Positions 29,382 through 37,701 of a DNA stretch of 42,656 bases are shown here, piece by piece (within the stretch, counting starts at the first letter, position 1; the number at the start of each line of letters is the position of its first letter). Under the pieces are notes generated by a model. That model saw nothing but the letters and a program-made list of their open reading frames with translations, ran no database searches and was not told the DNA's origin. This DNA is from a virus (taxonomy: Duplodnaviria; Heunggongvirae; Uroviricota; Caudoviricetes), in the IMG/VR virus record IMGVR_UViG_2698536681_000004. One strand, given 5' to 3'. Made by a program: the position numbers and the translations under genes.

Positions 29382-29963
29382 CTACGCCTTACCCAGCAGC
29401 ATCTGCCTGATACGGAATTCGATCTGCTCGCTCATGCCATCCACGCCGCGCAACTCATCGGTGACCGCATTCGCCATCTCTTCAGCAAATGCGGCCCGGA
29501 TTTCTTTTTCACGCTTAATGCTGCGCTCGGCGGCACTTTCTGCACGCTGTGCCGACAGGAGGATGTCCTTAATAAGGCGCATATCCACATCGCTGTCGCT
29601 GTTCAGGGATTCGGTGGCGGCACGCAGACGGCGGTACATCAGGGCACGGGACATCTCCAGAATCAGTGCCGTGGTTTCACCGGTCGGCTTATCCCCCAGT
29701 TCGGCCATCATGGCTTTTGTCTGCTCGCGTAAATCACGCAGATTACGGGCAATCAGCTCATTACGGGAGGCTTCCCGGCTGATGGCCGCCGGTGAGAGCT
29801 GCTGCTCTTCCGGCAGACCTGCTTCACGGATCAGACGGTTGATTTCCTCGCGGATCTGGACCTGCGTCAGACGTTTTTCACGCAGCATTTCCAGCAGCGG
29901 CTTACGGATGCTGTCGGGGAGCAAATCCACCTTGCGTACACGGCCACGCGCTGGCTTATCCAT
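29382..29963 (-). CDS. Mu gp27-like protein (putative small terminase subunit)
   Basis: 193-aa helical charged protein directly upstream of the large terminase. Confidence 0.6.
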   Translation of the reverse strand: MDKPARGRVRKVDLLPDSIRKPLLEMLREKRLTQVQIREEINRLIREAGLPEEQQLSPAAISREASRNELIARNLRDLREQTKAMMAELGDKPTGETTALILEMSRALMYRRLRAATESLNSDSDVDMRLIKDILLSAQRAESAAERSIKREKEIRAAFAEEMANAVTDELRGVDGMSEQIEFRIRQMLLGKA

Positions 29964-29965
29964 CG

Positions 29966-30256
29966 TTACCCCCTTGCGCGTGGTTTCTTCACACCCGGAA
30001 CGGTGGCGCGGCCTTCCGCCACATCCTGACCCCGGCCGGTCAGTTCAGCGATGAAATAACCGTTAACAAGCGTGCGCTTACGCACCAGTCCCTGCTCGGC
30101 AAGCCAGGCAATGTGGGTATGAACGGTGTCGCGGGACACGCGGTGACCGTAATCATCCAGGCAGTCCTGAAGCACGGATTCGCCCAGTTCGCCGTTGTAA
30201 TCCGCCAGCGACCGCAGAATGACAAGACGCTGATCTTCAGTAATGAAATCACTCAT
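29966..30256 (-). CDS. Hypothetical protein, possible winged-helix DNA-binding
   Basis: 96-aa ORF in operon context. Confidence 0.45.
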   Translation of the reverse strand: MSDFITEDQRLVILRSLADYNGELGESVLQDCLDDYGHRVSRDTVHTHIAWLAEQGLVRKRTLVNGYFIAELTGRGQDVAEGRATVPGVKKPRARG

Positions 30257-30560
30257 TGTGTTTTTTCCTTACAGCCTGCTCCAGCAGCAGTTCGTTCTGA
30301 TGGGAGACGGATTTCAGGGTGGCATTGGTGGCCTTAAGCTCACCGCGCAGGGTGGTGATTTCGATATTGAGTCTGTTCACCTCCTGCTGCGTGGGCAGGC
30401 CGGAAATCCGGCTCTCCACCCGCTCAACCCGGTCGGAGAGTTTTTCAAAGGCCTCGCGGGGGACAAAGGTTTTGCGCATCAGCGCCATGAAGATCCCCCC
30501 GGCTGTGGCCGTTGCCGACAGGATCGGCACGACATAATCTTTAACGATGCTGACCCACAT
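30249..30560 (-). CDS. Membrane-anchored coiled-coil protein (possible lysis accessory or holin-like)
   Basis: N-terminal hydrophobic segment VVPILSATATAGGIFMALM followed by coiled-coil sequence; lies next to the lysis genes. Confidence 0.45.
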   Translation of the reverse strand: MWVSIVKDYVVPILSATATAGGIFMALMRKTFVPREAFEKLSDRVERVESRISGLPTQQEVNRLNIEITTLRGELKATNATLKSVSHQNELLLEQAVRKKHNE

Positions 30561-30768
30561 GACCGGCCTCCATGATGTTCTGGCAGTTCACACAACGGAT
30601 GGCATCCGGCACGGCAACCAGACGGGCAGCCGGAATGTCACCCCCGCAGTCCGCGCATACACGCCTGCCCGGTGTCTCCGCCACCCGGCGCTTACGTGTC
30701 AGCCGGTCACAAAGGGCGCGTTCTGTTGCACGCTCCATGACTGCCTGAGCACAATCTGAATCATCCAT
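30541..30768 (-). CDS. TraR/DksA-family C4 zinc-finger protein
   Basis: ATG at 30768; CADCGGDIPAARL...AIRCVNCQ matches the TraR/DksA four-cysteine zinc finger. Confidence 0.7.
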   Translation of the reverse strand: MDDSDCAQAVMERATERALCDRLTRKRRVAETPGRRVCADCGGDIPAARLVAVPDAIRCVNCQNIMEAGHVGQHR

Positions 30769-30778
30769 ACCTTTTTCC

Positions 30779-31150
30779 TTACTTCGTCTTTCCTGCCGGA
30801 ACAGCAGTCGTTCCGGCCATATCAGTAAATTCATGCTGTCGCTGTGTCTCCAGACGGCGGATGCTGGCCTTGTCCACGTTGCAGTTTTTAATCACCGCCA
30901 GCAGTTGCAGGTTGTAAGTGACCGATGCACCAAACGTGAACGGCTGCGGCGCGGGAGGGACCAGGCAGTCAGCCAGCCATTCAGCGGGGATCGGCACCGG
31001 CTTCACCGGCACGTATTTCACAGACGGCCCGCCGCACCCGGTCAGCCACATCATCAGGCACAGGCACAGCGGCAGCAGGCACCGTTGCCAGTGACCGGCG
31101 GACAATGCTCTGCTGTTCCTCGCTGTGCTGCATGTTCTGCTGTTTTTCAT
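30779..31150 (-). CDS. Spanin outer-membrane subunit (Rz1-like lipoprotein); start approximate
   Basis: Lipobox LTGC followed by a proline-rich segment (PVKPVPIP, VPPAPQP); overlaps the i-spanin in a different frame. Confidence 0.5.
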   Translation of the reverse strand: MKNSRTCSTARNSRALSAGHWQRCLLPLCLCLMMWLTGCGGPSVKYVPVKPVPIPAEWLADCLVPPAPQPFTFGASVTYNLQLLAVIKNCNVDKASIRRLETQRQHEFTDMAGTTAVPAGKTK

Positions 31151-31322
31151 TCGTGGCCGCCTTGCTGATTTGTGAAATGAGTTGCAGGGTGCGTTGCTGG
31201 TTTGCCAGCACCAGACGGGCTTCGTCCCGTTCACGCACAAGCACATGATTATTGTCCTCAAGGCGCTGCGTCTTCTGGTGCATTCCCCATACCACGGCAG
31301 CCAGCACGCTCATCACCCCCAG
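30981..31322 (-). CDS. Spanin inner-membrane subunit (Rz-like)
   Basis: ATG at 31322; N-terminal transmembrane segment AALGVMSVLAAVVWG then coiled-coil; downstream of the endolysin. Confidence 0.55.
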   Translation of the reverse strand: MGVMSVLAAVVWGMHQKTQRLEDNNHVLVRERDEARLVLANQQRTLQLISQISKAATNEKQQNMQHSEEQQSIVRRSLATVPAAAVPVPDDVADRVRRAVCEIRAGEAGADPR

Positions 31323-31443
31323 CGCCGCCATACAGCCTCCGGCAATCAGGGCCGGTAAGGGATTGTTCACCGCAGACACAGCACACCCCGCAGCAGCACA
31401 ACGGCACACAGCAGCGCAATCATGAGCGGTCGCCAGAAGCGGT

Positions 31444-31944
31444 TCAGACTTTCGGCAAATCGTAACGACATAACCATTCATCCGCCGAACGGCGGGCCTC
31501 AAGACCGGGGAGTTTTACCCCCTTTGAATAAATCCAGCGGATATACTGCTTACAGGACGCGGGCATCTGCCCGGCATTGATAAGGCGCAGGAGCGTGGAG
31601 TTGCGAAAGTTCGTTTCACCGGCCCAGAAAATCCAGGAGGCCAGCGCCACCGTCTGACCACGGGTAAGCGGCACCTGAACATGACGATCGATAGCCGCAA
31701 AGGCCCATTTCATGTCCTTTTCCAGCAGCTCCAGACACTCTTCATCAGTTTTTGTCATCCCCGGTTTCACATCCGGGCCGGTATGGCCGTAACAGATGGT
31801 GGGGGTGCCGGTGGGATCAATGTACGTGGTGTTTTCTTTCCCTTCCCAGTAGCCGGTGTAGTGCGTGGCAATGGTGAACGTCCCGGCTCCGGCCAGAACA
31901 AGGGCAATCAGCTTTTTACGCAGGGGTGCGGGGAGTTTTGGCAT
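31444..31944 (-). CDS. lys: SAR endolysin (phage lysozyme with N-terminal signal-anchor)
   Basis: N-terminal hydrophobic segment KKLIALVLAGAGTFTIA then lysozyme motifs GYWEGKENTTYIDPTGTPTICYGHTG and NFRNSTLLRLIN, as in phage 21 R. Confidence 0.8.
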   Translation of the reverse strand: MPKLPAPLRKKLIALVLAGAGTFTIATHYTGYWEGKENTTYIDPTGTPTICYGHTGPDVKPGMTKTDEECLELLEKDMKWAFAAIDRHVQVPLTRGQTVALASWIFWAGETNFRNSTLLRLINAGQMPASCKQYIRWIYSKGVKLPGLEARRSADEWLCRYDLPKV

Positions 31945-32015
31945 TGTTACGCTGTCTCATGGTGTTCTCTGAGTCAGCGTAACCGTGAGGAAAAGGGGGC
32001 AGGATTTGCGGAATA

Positions 32016-32438
32016 TCAGAAAAGCCGTGGCTGCGTGCGTTCCTGATGCAGGCGACGCTGGTTGCGGATAACGGAGTAAATCTGCGTCTCTGACATCTGG
32101 TAGTGGCGGCGCAGGGTTTCAATTTTTTCGCCCTGGCTCCAGCGGGAAAAAATTTCATTATTGCGCAGTTCGGTGAAAAGGGATTCACCGACCGGGAGAT
32201 AATAACCACGCCCGCCCATGTACCCGGCCTGTGCGGCTGCAACCTTACGGGCAAGCATTCCCGCCTGAGCAGGTTCAATCCCCTGACGGTGCAGTTCAGC
32301 ACTGATCACATCAACCAGGTCCCGCAGCGTGCCGGGCCAGTTCTTTTTCAGCTCATCATCAGGAATATCATCCAGACGGTCAATCAGCGCGTGCAGCTGT
32401 TCGCTGTCACCAAACATGCTCATCTGTGTTTCAGCCAT
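32016..32438 (-). CDS. mor: Mor/C-family transcriptional activator
   Basis: C-terminal region GGRGYYLPVGESLF..NNEIFSRW..ETLRRHYQMSETQIYSVIRNQRR fits the Mor/C family pattern; sits between gemA-like gene and lysis genes. Confidence 0.65.
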   Translation of the reverse strand: MAETQMSMFGDSEQLHALIDRLDDIPDDELKKNWPGTLRDLVDVISAELHRQGIEPAQAGMLARKVAAAQAGYMGGRGYYLPVGESLFTELRNNEIFSRWSQGEKIETLRRHYQMSETQIYSVIRNQRRLHQERTQPRLF

Positions 32439-32508
32439 ACCCGCCTCCGGTCATCATTACACAGGGCAAGTTTAAAATAAAAATCCCGCGCTGTGGCGGG
32501 ATTTGGGG

Positions 32509-33021
32509 TTAACGGGGGAATGATTTTTCATACAGCCTGCAAACACGCTCATAACTCATCACTGCACGTTCCGACATATCCAGGGCTGCCAGCATTTTGC
32601 GGCGGTGCCAGCGTTTGAGACGCTCCAGCACATCAGAGGCCAGCGCGGGTTGTTGCTCCAGCCACTGCCAGTTAGCCACACCTTCGCCGTCGTTCTGCGC
32701 GGCCGTCTGCGATTTCACCCAGCGGTTAAGGGCCGTTTCCCCGCCATCAGAGATAAATCCCTGCCGGTGCATCACTTTCCAGATGGCGCGAATTTTGGCG
32801 GTCACCGTACCCGGTTTTAAGGCCCGGTTAACCGGCTTCTGACGCACTTTAAAACCGCGTTTTTTGAAAACATCCAGCACGCGGGATAACTCACCGGGTG
32901 ACATATCACGGCAACTGGATTTGCCGGTGGCTGCCAGCAGCGCGGATGTATAGGTATCATGGTCAAGCTGTAGATCGCGTTTTGCGACATGTATTAAGGT
33001 AATCAGGGAAGCGCGATTCAT
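32509..33021 (-). CDS. gemA: GemA-like protein (Mu gp16 family)
   Basis: N-terminus MNRASLITLIHVAKRDLQLDHDTYTSALLAATGKSSCRDMSPGELSRVLDVFKKRGFK fits the gp16/GemA family pattern; directly upstream of mor. Confidence 0.6.
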   Translation of the reverse strand: MNRASLITLIHVAKRDLQLDHDTYTSALLAATGKSSCRDMSPGELSRVLDVFKKRGFKVRQKPVNRALKPGTVTAKIRAIWKVMHRQGFISDGGETALNRWVKSQTAAQNDGEGVANWQWLEQQPALASDVLERLKRWHRRKMLAALDMSERAVMSYERVCRLYEKSFPR

Positions 33022-33033
33022 TATCGTGGCTCC

Positions 33034-33063
33034 ATAAAAAATGGGCGGTGTTACCGCACCGCC
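33034..33063 (-). terminator. Intrinsic terminator or attenuator just upstream of gemA
   Basis: Stem GGCGGTG (33044-33050) / CACCGCC (33057-33063), loop TTACCG; on the minus strand followed by ATTTTTTAT. Confidence 0.45.
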
Positions 33064-33091
33064 ATGTCAATTAACATAAAAGGAAAAATCT

Positions 33092-33331
33092 ATGTCAGAT
33101 ATAAAAAATGCACTTGATGTTGCCGCATTCACAATGGCTGGAAATCTTATGGTAACCCTGTTCGATAAGGGGCTGATTTCCCGTGAGGAGGCAATACATA
33201 TTATCAATCTCGCTCAAAAAAACTCTACCCCGGAAAATGCAGAAGATATCCAGGATGGCTCATATATTAATACCGACTGGCATTTCGACAATCTCCGGGC
33301 CTGTATGGGGATTACCGCTGAAAAAGATTAA
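33092..33331 (+). CDS. Hypothetical protein encoded on the opposite strand within the early operon
   Basis: 79-codon ORF with AAGGA upstream of the ATG; AT-rich; 3' end overlaps the 3' end of the convergent minus-strand gene by 20 bp. Confidence 0.4.
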   Translation: MSDIKNALDVAAFTMAGNLMVTLFDKGLISREEAIHIINLAQKNSTPENAEDIQDGSYINTDWHFDNLRACMGITAEKD

Positions 33332-33599
33332 AAATTTTTGCATAATGTTCAGATGTAAGAATTGCTGAACCATCAACACCGAGCCTACGGCGAACGTATT
33401 CCTCGCGGGCTATTTTATTATCCAGAGATACAGCATCCTTAATCAGGTTAATCTCCCGCTCCATTATCAAAAGGGCTTCTCTGGCTGCAAGATTTTCTTT
33501 TATCGCATATTCGATAATGTCCCGCATACGTTCAAGCATGCCGATTTTAGCCAGTTCTTCGTCGATAGATTTAGGCGCAAATTTGATTTCTTTTTCCAT
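33312..33599 (-). CDS. Hypothetical coiled-coil protein
   Basis: ATG at 33599 preceded by GAGGA; AT-rich; longest ORF extends to 33614 with a GTG. Confidence 0.45.
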   Translation of the reverse strand: MEKEIKFAPKSIDEELAKIGMLERMRDIIEYAIKENLAAREALLIMEREINLIKDAVSLDNKIAREEYVRRRLGVDGSAILTSEHYAKIFNLFQR

Positions 33600-33600
33600 A

Positions 33601-33744
33601 TTATTCATCCTCACAATTTATACATGCAGTGTCGTCGCCCATATCGCAGTGGTTACATTTTATCTCACCACAATGTGGGCACTCTTTCAGATACTCCGGG
33701 TCCTCATTTCCACAGGTGGGACATTCAACAATTTGCTCATCCAT
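33601..33744 (-). CDS. Small zinc-ribbon protein (47 aa, four CxxC pairs), not in the ORF track
   Basis: Product MDEQIVECPTCGNEDPEYLKECPHCGEIKCNHCDMGDDTACINCEDE; AGGGGA upstream of the ATG, which overlaps the stop of the upstream gene (ATGGATGA). Confidence 0.5.
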   Translation of the reverse strand: MDEQIVECPTCGNEDPEYLKECPHCGEIKCNHCDMGDDTACINCEDE

Positions 33745-34069
33745 TATGTATCCCCTGTAATTCCGGCAAGGCCGAAAGATGGCACCAGTGCGTCACCTGT
33801 CCGTCCTCATCTTCAAGGCAGGCTCCGGTTTCTTCATCAATAAAAAAGCCTTCATACCCCATATGGCCGATGCGCAGTTCCTGTTGGTCACCATACTGAA
33901 CAATCAGCACGACAGCCTCCATATCAGGCGGAAATGCGTCATCCAGTGAATGCCAGGGATAACCGCGCAAATCCCCGAAATAAACGCCGGTCAGCGTTCC
34001 GCCACAGAGCGGCATTCCGGCGGCACACACAAGAGGTTCATCTGATTCAACAAATAAGGTCGTTATCAT
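33737..34069 (-). CDS. Hypothetical protein
   Basis: 110-codon ORF in early operon with overlapping start/stop. Confidence 0.45.
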   Translation of the reverse strand: MITTLFVESDEPLVCAAGMPLCGGTLTGVYFGDLRGYPWHSLDDAFPPDMEAVVLIVQYGDQQELRIGHMGYEGFFIDEETGACLEDEDGQVTHWCHLSALPELQGIHNG

Positions 34070-34617
34070 GGCGTTAACTCCCGTAATACAGCGTCCTCGG
34101 CAGTCCGGCGACGGTAATAAACTGCGTGAGCAGAATGTTCAGATATTCCAAACTTTTCGCCAATTTCCCGGAATGACAGACGGCGTGGGTAATCGGAATC
34201 ACGCAGCTCACGTATAAGACGTACATCATCATCAGATATGCGCGTGCCGGGGCGTAACTCTCCGCACTTTGTTAATCCAGCACCAATCATTCCTGCCCGA
34301 CATCTGACAGAATCTTTATTACGTCCGAGATATTCTCCCATTTGCTGGCAGGTCATTGTTCTGGCATTTTTTCGAATAAACTTATCTTCATCAGGTGTAA
34401 ATCTTGGGTGTTTATATTTCAGTAACTCCGGGTATGAACTGCGCAATACACCAGTCCGGTTATATACAGCCCAGACAGTTCTTTTTATTCTGGCAGCAAT
34501 ATCCTTAACCGGGGTGGATGAATAAAGCGCAATCAGCAGCGCATCTTCTTCAGGTGTCCACGGACGGACATGAGCGGGGGCGCGACCTTTTAGTCCCATG
34601 GGTTGTAATTTCATCAT
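34066..34617 (-). CDS. Hypothetical DNA-binding protein with possible Mor/C-like C-terminal helix-turn-helix
   Basis: C-terminal VRLIRELRDSDYPRRLSFREIGEKFGISEHSAHAVYYRRR resembles the Mor/C HTH region. Confidence 0.4.
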   Translation of the reverse strand: MMKLQPMGLKGRAPAHVRPWTPEEDALLIALYSSTPVKDIAARIKRTVWAVYNRTGVLRSSYPELLKYKHPRFTPDEDKFIRKNARTMTCQQMGEYLGRNKDSVRCRAGMIGAGLTKCGELRPGTRISDDDVRLIRELRDSDYPRRLSFREIGEKFGISEHSAHAVYYRRRTAEDAVLRELTP

Positions 34618-34620
34618 GCA

Positions 34621-35136
34621 TCACCCCCTGACTCGCTTTTCAGCAGCATAAAACTCATCAGACAGTATTTCGGTCATTTTCTGTTTTGCGGGTTTTACGC
34701 CGCACTGAAGGTAAATCACATCGTCAACGCAGAACCACTTCACAGGGCCAAACAGGATTGCCGAGAAATCAATACCCAACCAGAACAACAGCGCATCGGT
34801 TCTGGCATACGTGACGGGCGAATATTCACGCCACAGACTGTTCAGTTCATCAGAGGCAACACGCAGGGTTTTAGGGATACGTGATGTGCGCGGTGTGCAG
34901 CTCCAGCCATTCGACGCAGTCGGTTTTCGCCATAAGTCGCGATGAAAAGGATATTTGTCCTCCGTAAAACGCAGTCCCTTAAAGTAAAATCCACTGATAC
35001 CGGATACAAATACCGACCGGCACGCAACATTCAGCACGGCCTCAAGGCGTTTTGCCTCATCCTTAACTTTCTGGCAGTCCTGCTGGTATTTTTGCCACGC
35101 AGCCAGCGCGGAAGGGTTTGATGTTTTAAAGAACAT
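34621..35136 (-). CDS. Hypothetical protein
   Basis: 171-codon ORF in early operon. Confidence 0.45.
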   Translation of the reverse strand: MFFKTSNPSALAAWQKYQQDCQKVKDEAKRLEAVLNVACRSVFVSGISGFYFKGLRFTEDKYPFHRDLWRKPTASNGWSCTPRTSRIPKTLRVASDELNSLWREYSPVTYARTDALLFWLGIDFSAILFGPVKWFCVDDVIYLQCGVKPAKQKMTEILSDEFYAAEKRVRG

Positions 35137-35669
35137 TACGCCACCTCCGCAGATATCCCGGCAGGCGCTGCTGTCCGGTCAACAATCAGGTAGCGCAGAA
35201 CATGTTCAGTGATATTCCAGCCGCTTAAACCGCAGATAATGACGCCCAGGCGTATGTCGATATACGCCATCACAAACTGGGGCACGCCTTCTTTCATGGC
35301 CTGCTCATCAACTTCAGCCACCACATAAACGGTTTCACAGGTCAGAACGCCCTGAGCAAATTCCCACGCCATCGACGGAATATCATGCCCCTCAATCCAT
35401 GGCAGGGATTTTCTGAAGCCGCACCACTGAACATCATCAGCCGCAGATTCCTGGCTGCATTTGCGACGAACCGGCTGCACCGGGCGGGGACGCGGAATAT
35501 CATAAAAACCGTTACATTCCGTCAGCACGCCTGCATCAACCGCATCACGCAGAAAATAAACCATGGAGGATGGCGGCATATTCATTTTTTCAGCCAGTAC
35601 ACCGCAGGTCAGGCGGCCATAAATACACAGCCAGTTTTTAACCCCTTCAAGCACTTTTGCATCAATCAT
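35136..35669 (-). CDS. Hypothetical protein
   Basis: 177-codon ORF in early operon. Confidence 0.45.
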   Translation of the reverse strand: MIDAKVLEGVKNWLCIYGRLTCGVLAEKMNMPPSSMVYFLRDAVDAGVLTECNGFYDIPRPRPVQPVRRKCSQESAADDVQWCGFRKSLPWIEGHDIPSMAWEFAQGVLTCETVYVVAEVDEQAMKEGVPQFVMAYIDIRLGVIICGLSGWNITEHVLRYLIVDRTAAPAGISAEVA

Positions 35670-35814
35670 GATTTATTTCCCCACCACATTATTAATGACG
35701 ATATAAACGTATTTCATATTTCTTAACCCTTATTTTCTGTTTTCAGGCGCAAGCAGTCCCCTGACGCGAGCGCCATAATTAAAATGAAGTGATATTTAAT
35801 TGATTAATGCGGTG

Positions 35815-36345
35815 TTATTTATTCAGTCCGGCGTCCTGTTCAAAAGGCTCGACATAAAAACTTTCAGCGCCTTTATTCACCTTGATACCGGCAATGCCTT
35901 TCACAGCATCCGGCTCCGCCAGGACGGCTTCCTTGTTCACTTCCTCTTTCGTGCGGATGAAACGCTCAAGCCCCATACGGCGCAGCATTTCAATCACACC
36001 TTCCACATCACGGCTGACGCTGCATGATGGCGTTCCCAGCCGCCATGACACCGTTCCGGTGGTCAGATTGGCTGTTTTGGTTTTGCCGCCGTTCGTCAGC
36101 TCATCACGGTTGGTTTTGCACCAGTCCTGAATCCCTTTAAAAAGCACTTTGATTTGCTTTTTAAGATTTTCAATCTGCGGCGTATAACGGGCGGTGATTT
36201 CTGCCACTTCGTCATTCATCGCCGTTTCCAGGCGCAGCGCCTCTCGCTGAATATCTCCCAGGGTGCGGATATCACGGCTGACTTCTTCCCGGGTCTGCGG
36301 TGCCGCCTCGGCTGCGGCCTTTAATTTTGTAACGCGTTTAGCCAT
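35815..36345 (-). CDS. gam: Host-nuclease inhibitor Gam (Mu Gam, Ku-like)
   Basis: Translation ...IRTLGDIQREALRLETAMNDEVAEITARY...CKTNRDELTNGGKTKTANLTTGTVSWR...RFIRTKEEVNKEA closely follows Mu Gam as recalled. Confidence 0.8.
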   Translation of the reverse strand: MAKRVTKLKAAAEAAPQTREEVSRDIRTLGDIQREALRLETAMNDEVAEITARYTPQIENLKKQIKVLFKGIQDWCKTNRDELTNGGKTKTANLTTGTVSWRLGTPSCSVSRDVEGVIEMLRRMGLERFIRTKEEVNKEAVLAEPDAVKGIAGIKVNKGAESFYVEPFEQDAGLNK

Positions 36346-36356
36346 TTTGTTTTTCC

Positions 36357-36650
36357 TTATTGCAGTGTGCCTGATGCTTTATGCACGCGGTGGCGTTTAA
36401 TGATGGCATCCGCTCCAAAAGACTGTGCAGATGCCTGAAATTCCGCTGAGAGAAACTGAATAATTGCAGGACTGTGATACTGGAGAATACTTGCATAAAC
36501 GTCACAGAGTGACGTCGGCCTGTTATCCGTATCACGTTCTGTTTTCACATCCACTCCAATCTTTTCATGCACTTCAACACAGTCATTGCCTGCCAACTTT
36601 TCGTCATGCGAAACATGATTAAATTCAAAAATAACGCGTACTTTGCTCAT
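36357..36650 (-). CDS. Hypothetical protein, tandem paralogue A (start at internal ATG)
   Basis: Begins MSKVRVIFEFNH, matching the N-terminus of the adjacent upstream gene. Confidence 0.45.
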   Translation of the reverse strand: MSKVRVIFEFNHVSHDEKLAGNDCVEVHEKIGVDVKTERDTDNRPTSLCDVYASILQYHSPAIIQFLSAEFQASAQSFGADAIIKRHRVHKASGTLQ

Positions 36651-36654
36651 GGAA

Positions 36655-36927
36655 TTACCCCTGTTGATTAAATTCATTACCGTTAATAACCCCGGAAGCC
36701 ATGCCTCTGTCTTTCATGAATGCACTGGCTTTCATTGCCACAAACTCTGCGAAGTTTCTGCTTTCTGCCAGCATAACCACCCCAAAAATCATGGCGGGTC
36801 CATTATCTTTCTTCTTTATTCCGGTTGAACGTATATCCAGACTTACCCCTCTGTGCGTGCTGCCATCAGAGTTTTTGCAGATAACATCTTCCTTGTATTC
36901 GAAAATAATGCGTACGACTTTACTCAT
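36655..36927 (-). CDS. Hypothetical protein, tandem paralogue B
   Basis: Begins MSKVVRIIFEYKED; DNA around both starts is also similar. Confidence 0.45.
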   Translation of the reverse strand: MSKVVRIIFEYKEDVICKNSDGSTHRGVSLDIRSTGIKKKDNGPAMIFGVVMLAESRNFAEFVAMKASAFMKDRGMASGVINGNEFNQQG

Positions 36928-37205
36928 CCTCTGGTCCTCGTTCTGTTTGGATAACTGACCCGGCGTCTAACCTCACGGCAGAACCGAATCATGGCATTAA
37001 AGGCTTCTTCCTCCGTCACCGCTTCCGGTATCCCCGGAACCAGTAACTGCTCCTGTTCATCACGTCCATGACGCGCCATAACCTCAATCACATGCCGTAC
37101 CGTGGCAGGCTTTCCGGCAACTATCGGCAATGCACCTTCCGGCAGGACGTAACCAAACTCAATAAGACCACTCGACCACGCCCATGCAATGAGATTTTTT
37201 TTCAC
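36924..37205 (-). CDS. Hypothetical protein
   Basis: 93-codon ORF in early operon. Confidence 0.4.
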   Translation of the reverse strand: MKKNLIAWAWSSGLIEFGYVLPEGALPIVAGKPATVRHVIEVMARHGRDEQEQLLVPGIPEAVTEEEAFNAMIRFCREVRRRVSYPNRTRTRG

Positions 37206-37206
37206 C

Positions 37207-37473
37207 TCACACCTCCCAGTAAACCGTGCAGCCGCTGATGCGGGTGGCCTTCACACGGCGGCGCAGGCCGTTGGTCTGTATGGTGATTTCAATTTCACCG
37301 GTTCCCTGCACGTTGCCTACCGGCGGCGTGGTTTTCAGTGCAAAACGTTGCGGATAGCGCTTACTGCGTTCCAGTACCGCACCGGCAAGTTCGGTCAGAC
37401 GGCGCGCGCTGTTCAGGGAGTCGAATAAATTCATTTTGTTACCGCAGGATTGCATATTCATATAACACCTCAT
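37207..37473 (-). CDS. Hypothetical protein
   Basis: 88-codon ORF in early operon. Confidence 0.4.
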   Translation of the reverse strand: MRCYMNMQSCGNKMNLFDSLNSARRLTELAGAVLERSKRYPQRFALKTTPPVGNVQGTGEIEITIQTNGLRRRVKATRISGCTVYWEV

Positions 37474-37701
37474 TTAGCTGACTTGTTTCGCACCAACAGA
37501 ACGGCATATTCCGCTGTAAACTTCTGTCGCACCTTCGCGATCAAGTCCGGCAGATATCACCATTCGTGTGCGGTCATTAAATTCAAAAAGTAAATCGCCA
37601 CATTCTTTATTTTCGGCCAGTGAAATCACCTTCACGTTATCGAAATTAACCAGGTAAAAGCGTCCGTAAATATCAGGAATATTAAATACCGCCATAATCA
37701 C
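37474..37701 (-). CDS. Hypothetical protein
   Basis: 75-codon ORF immediately downstream of B. Confidence 0.4.
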   Translation of the reverse strand: MIMAVFNIPDIYGRFYLVNFDNVKVISLAENKECGDLLFEFNDRTRMVISAGLDREGATEVYSGICRSVGAKQVS

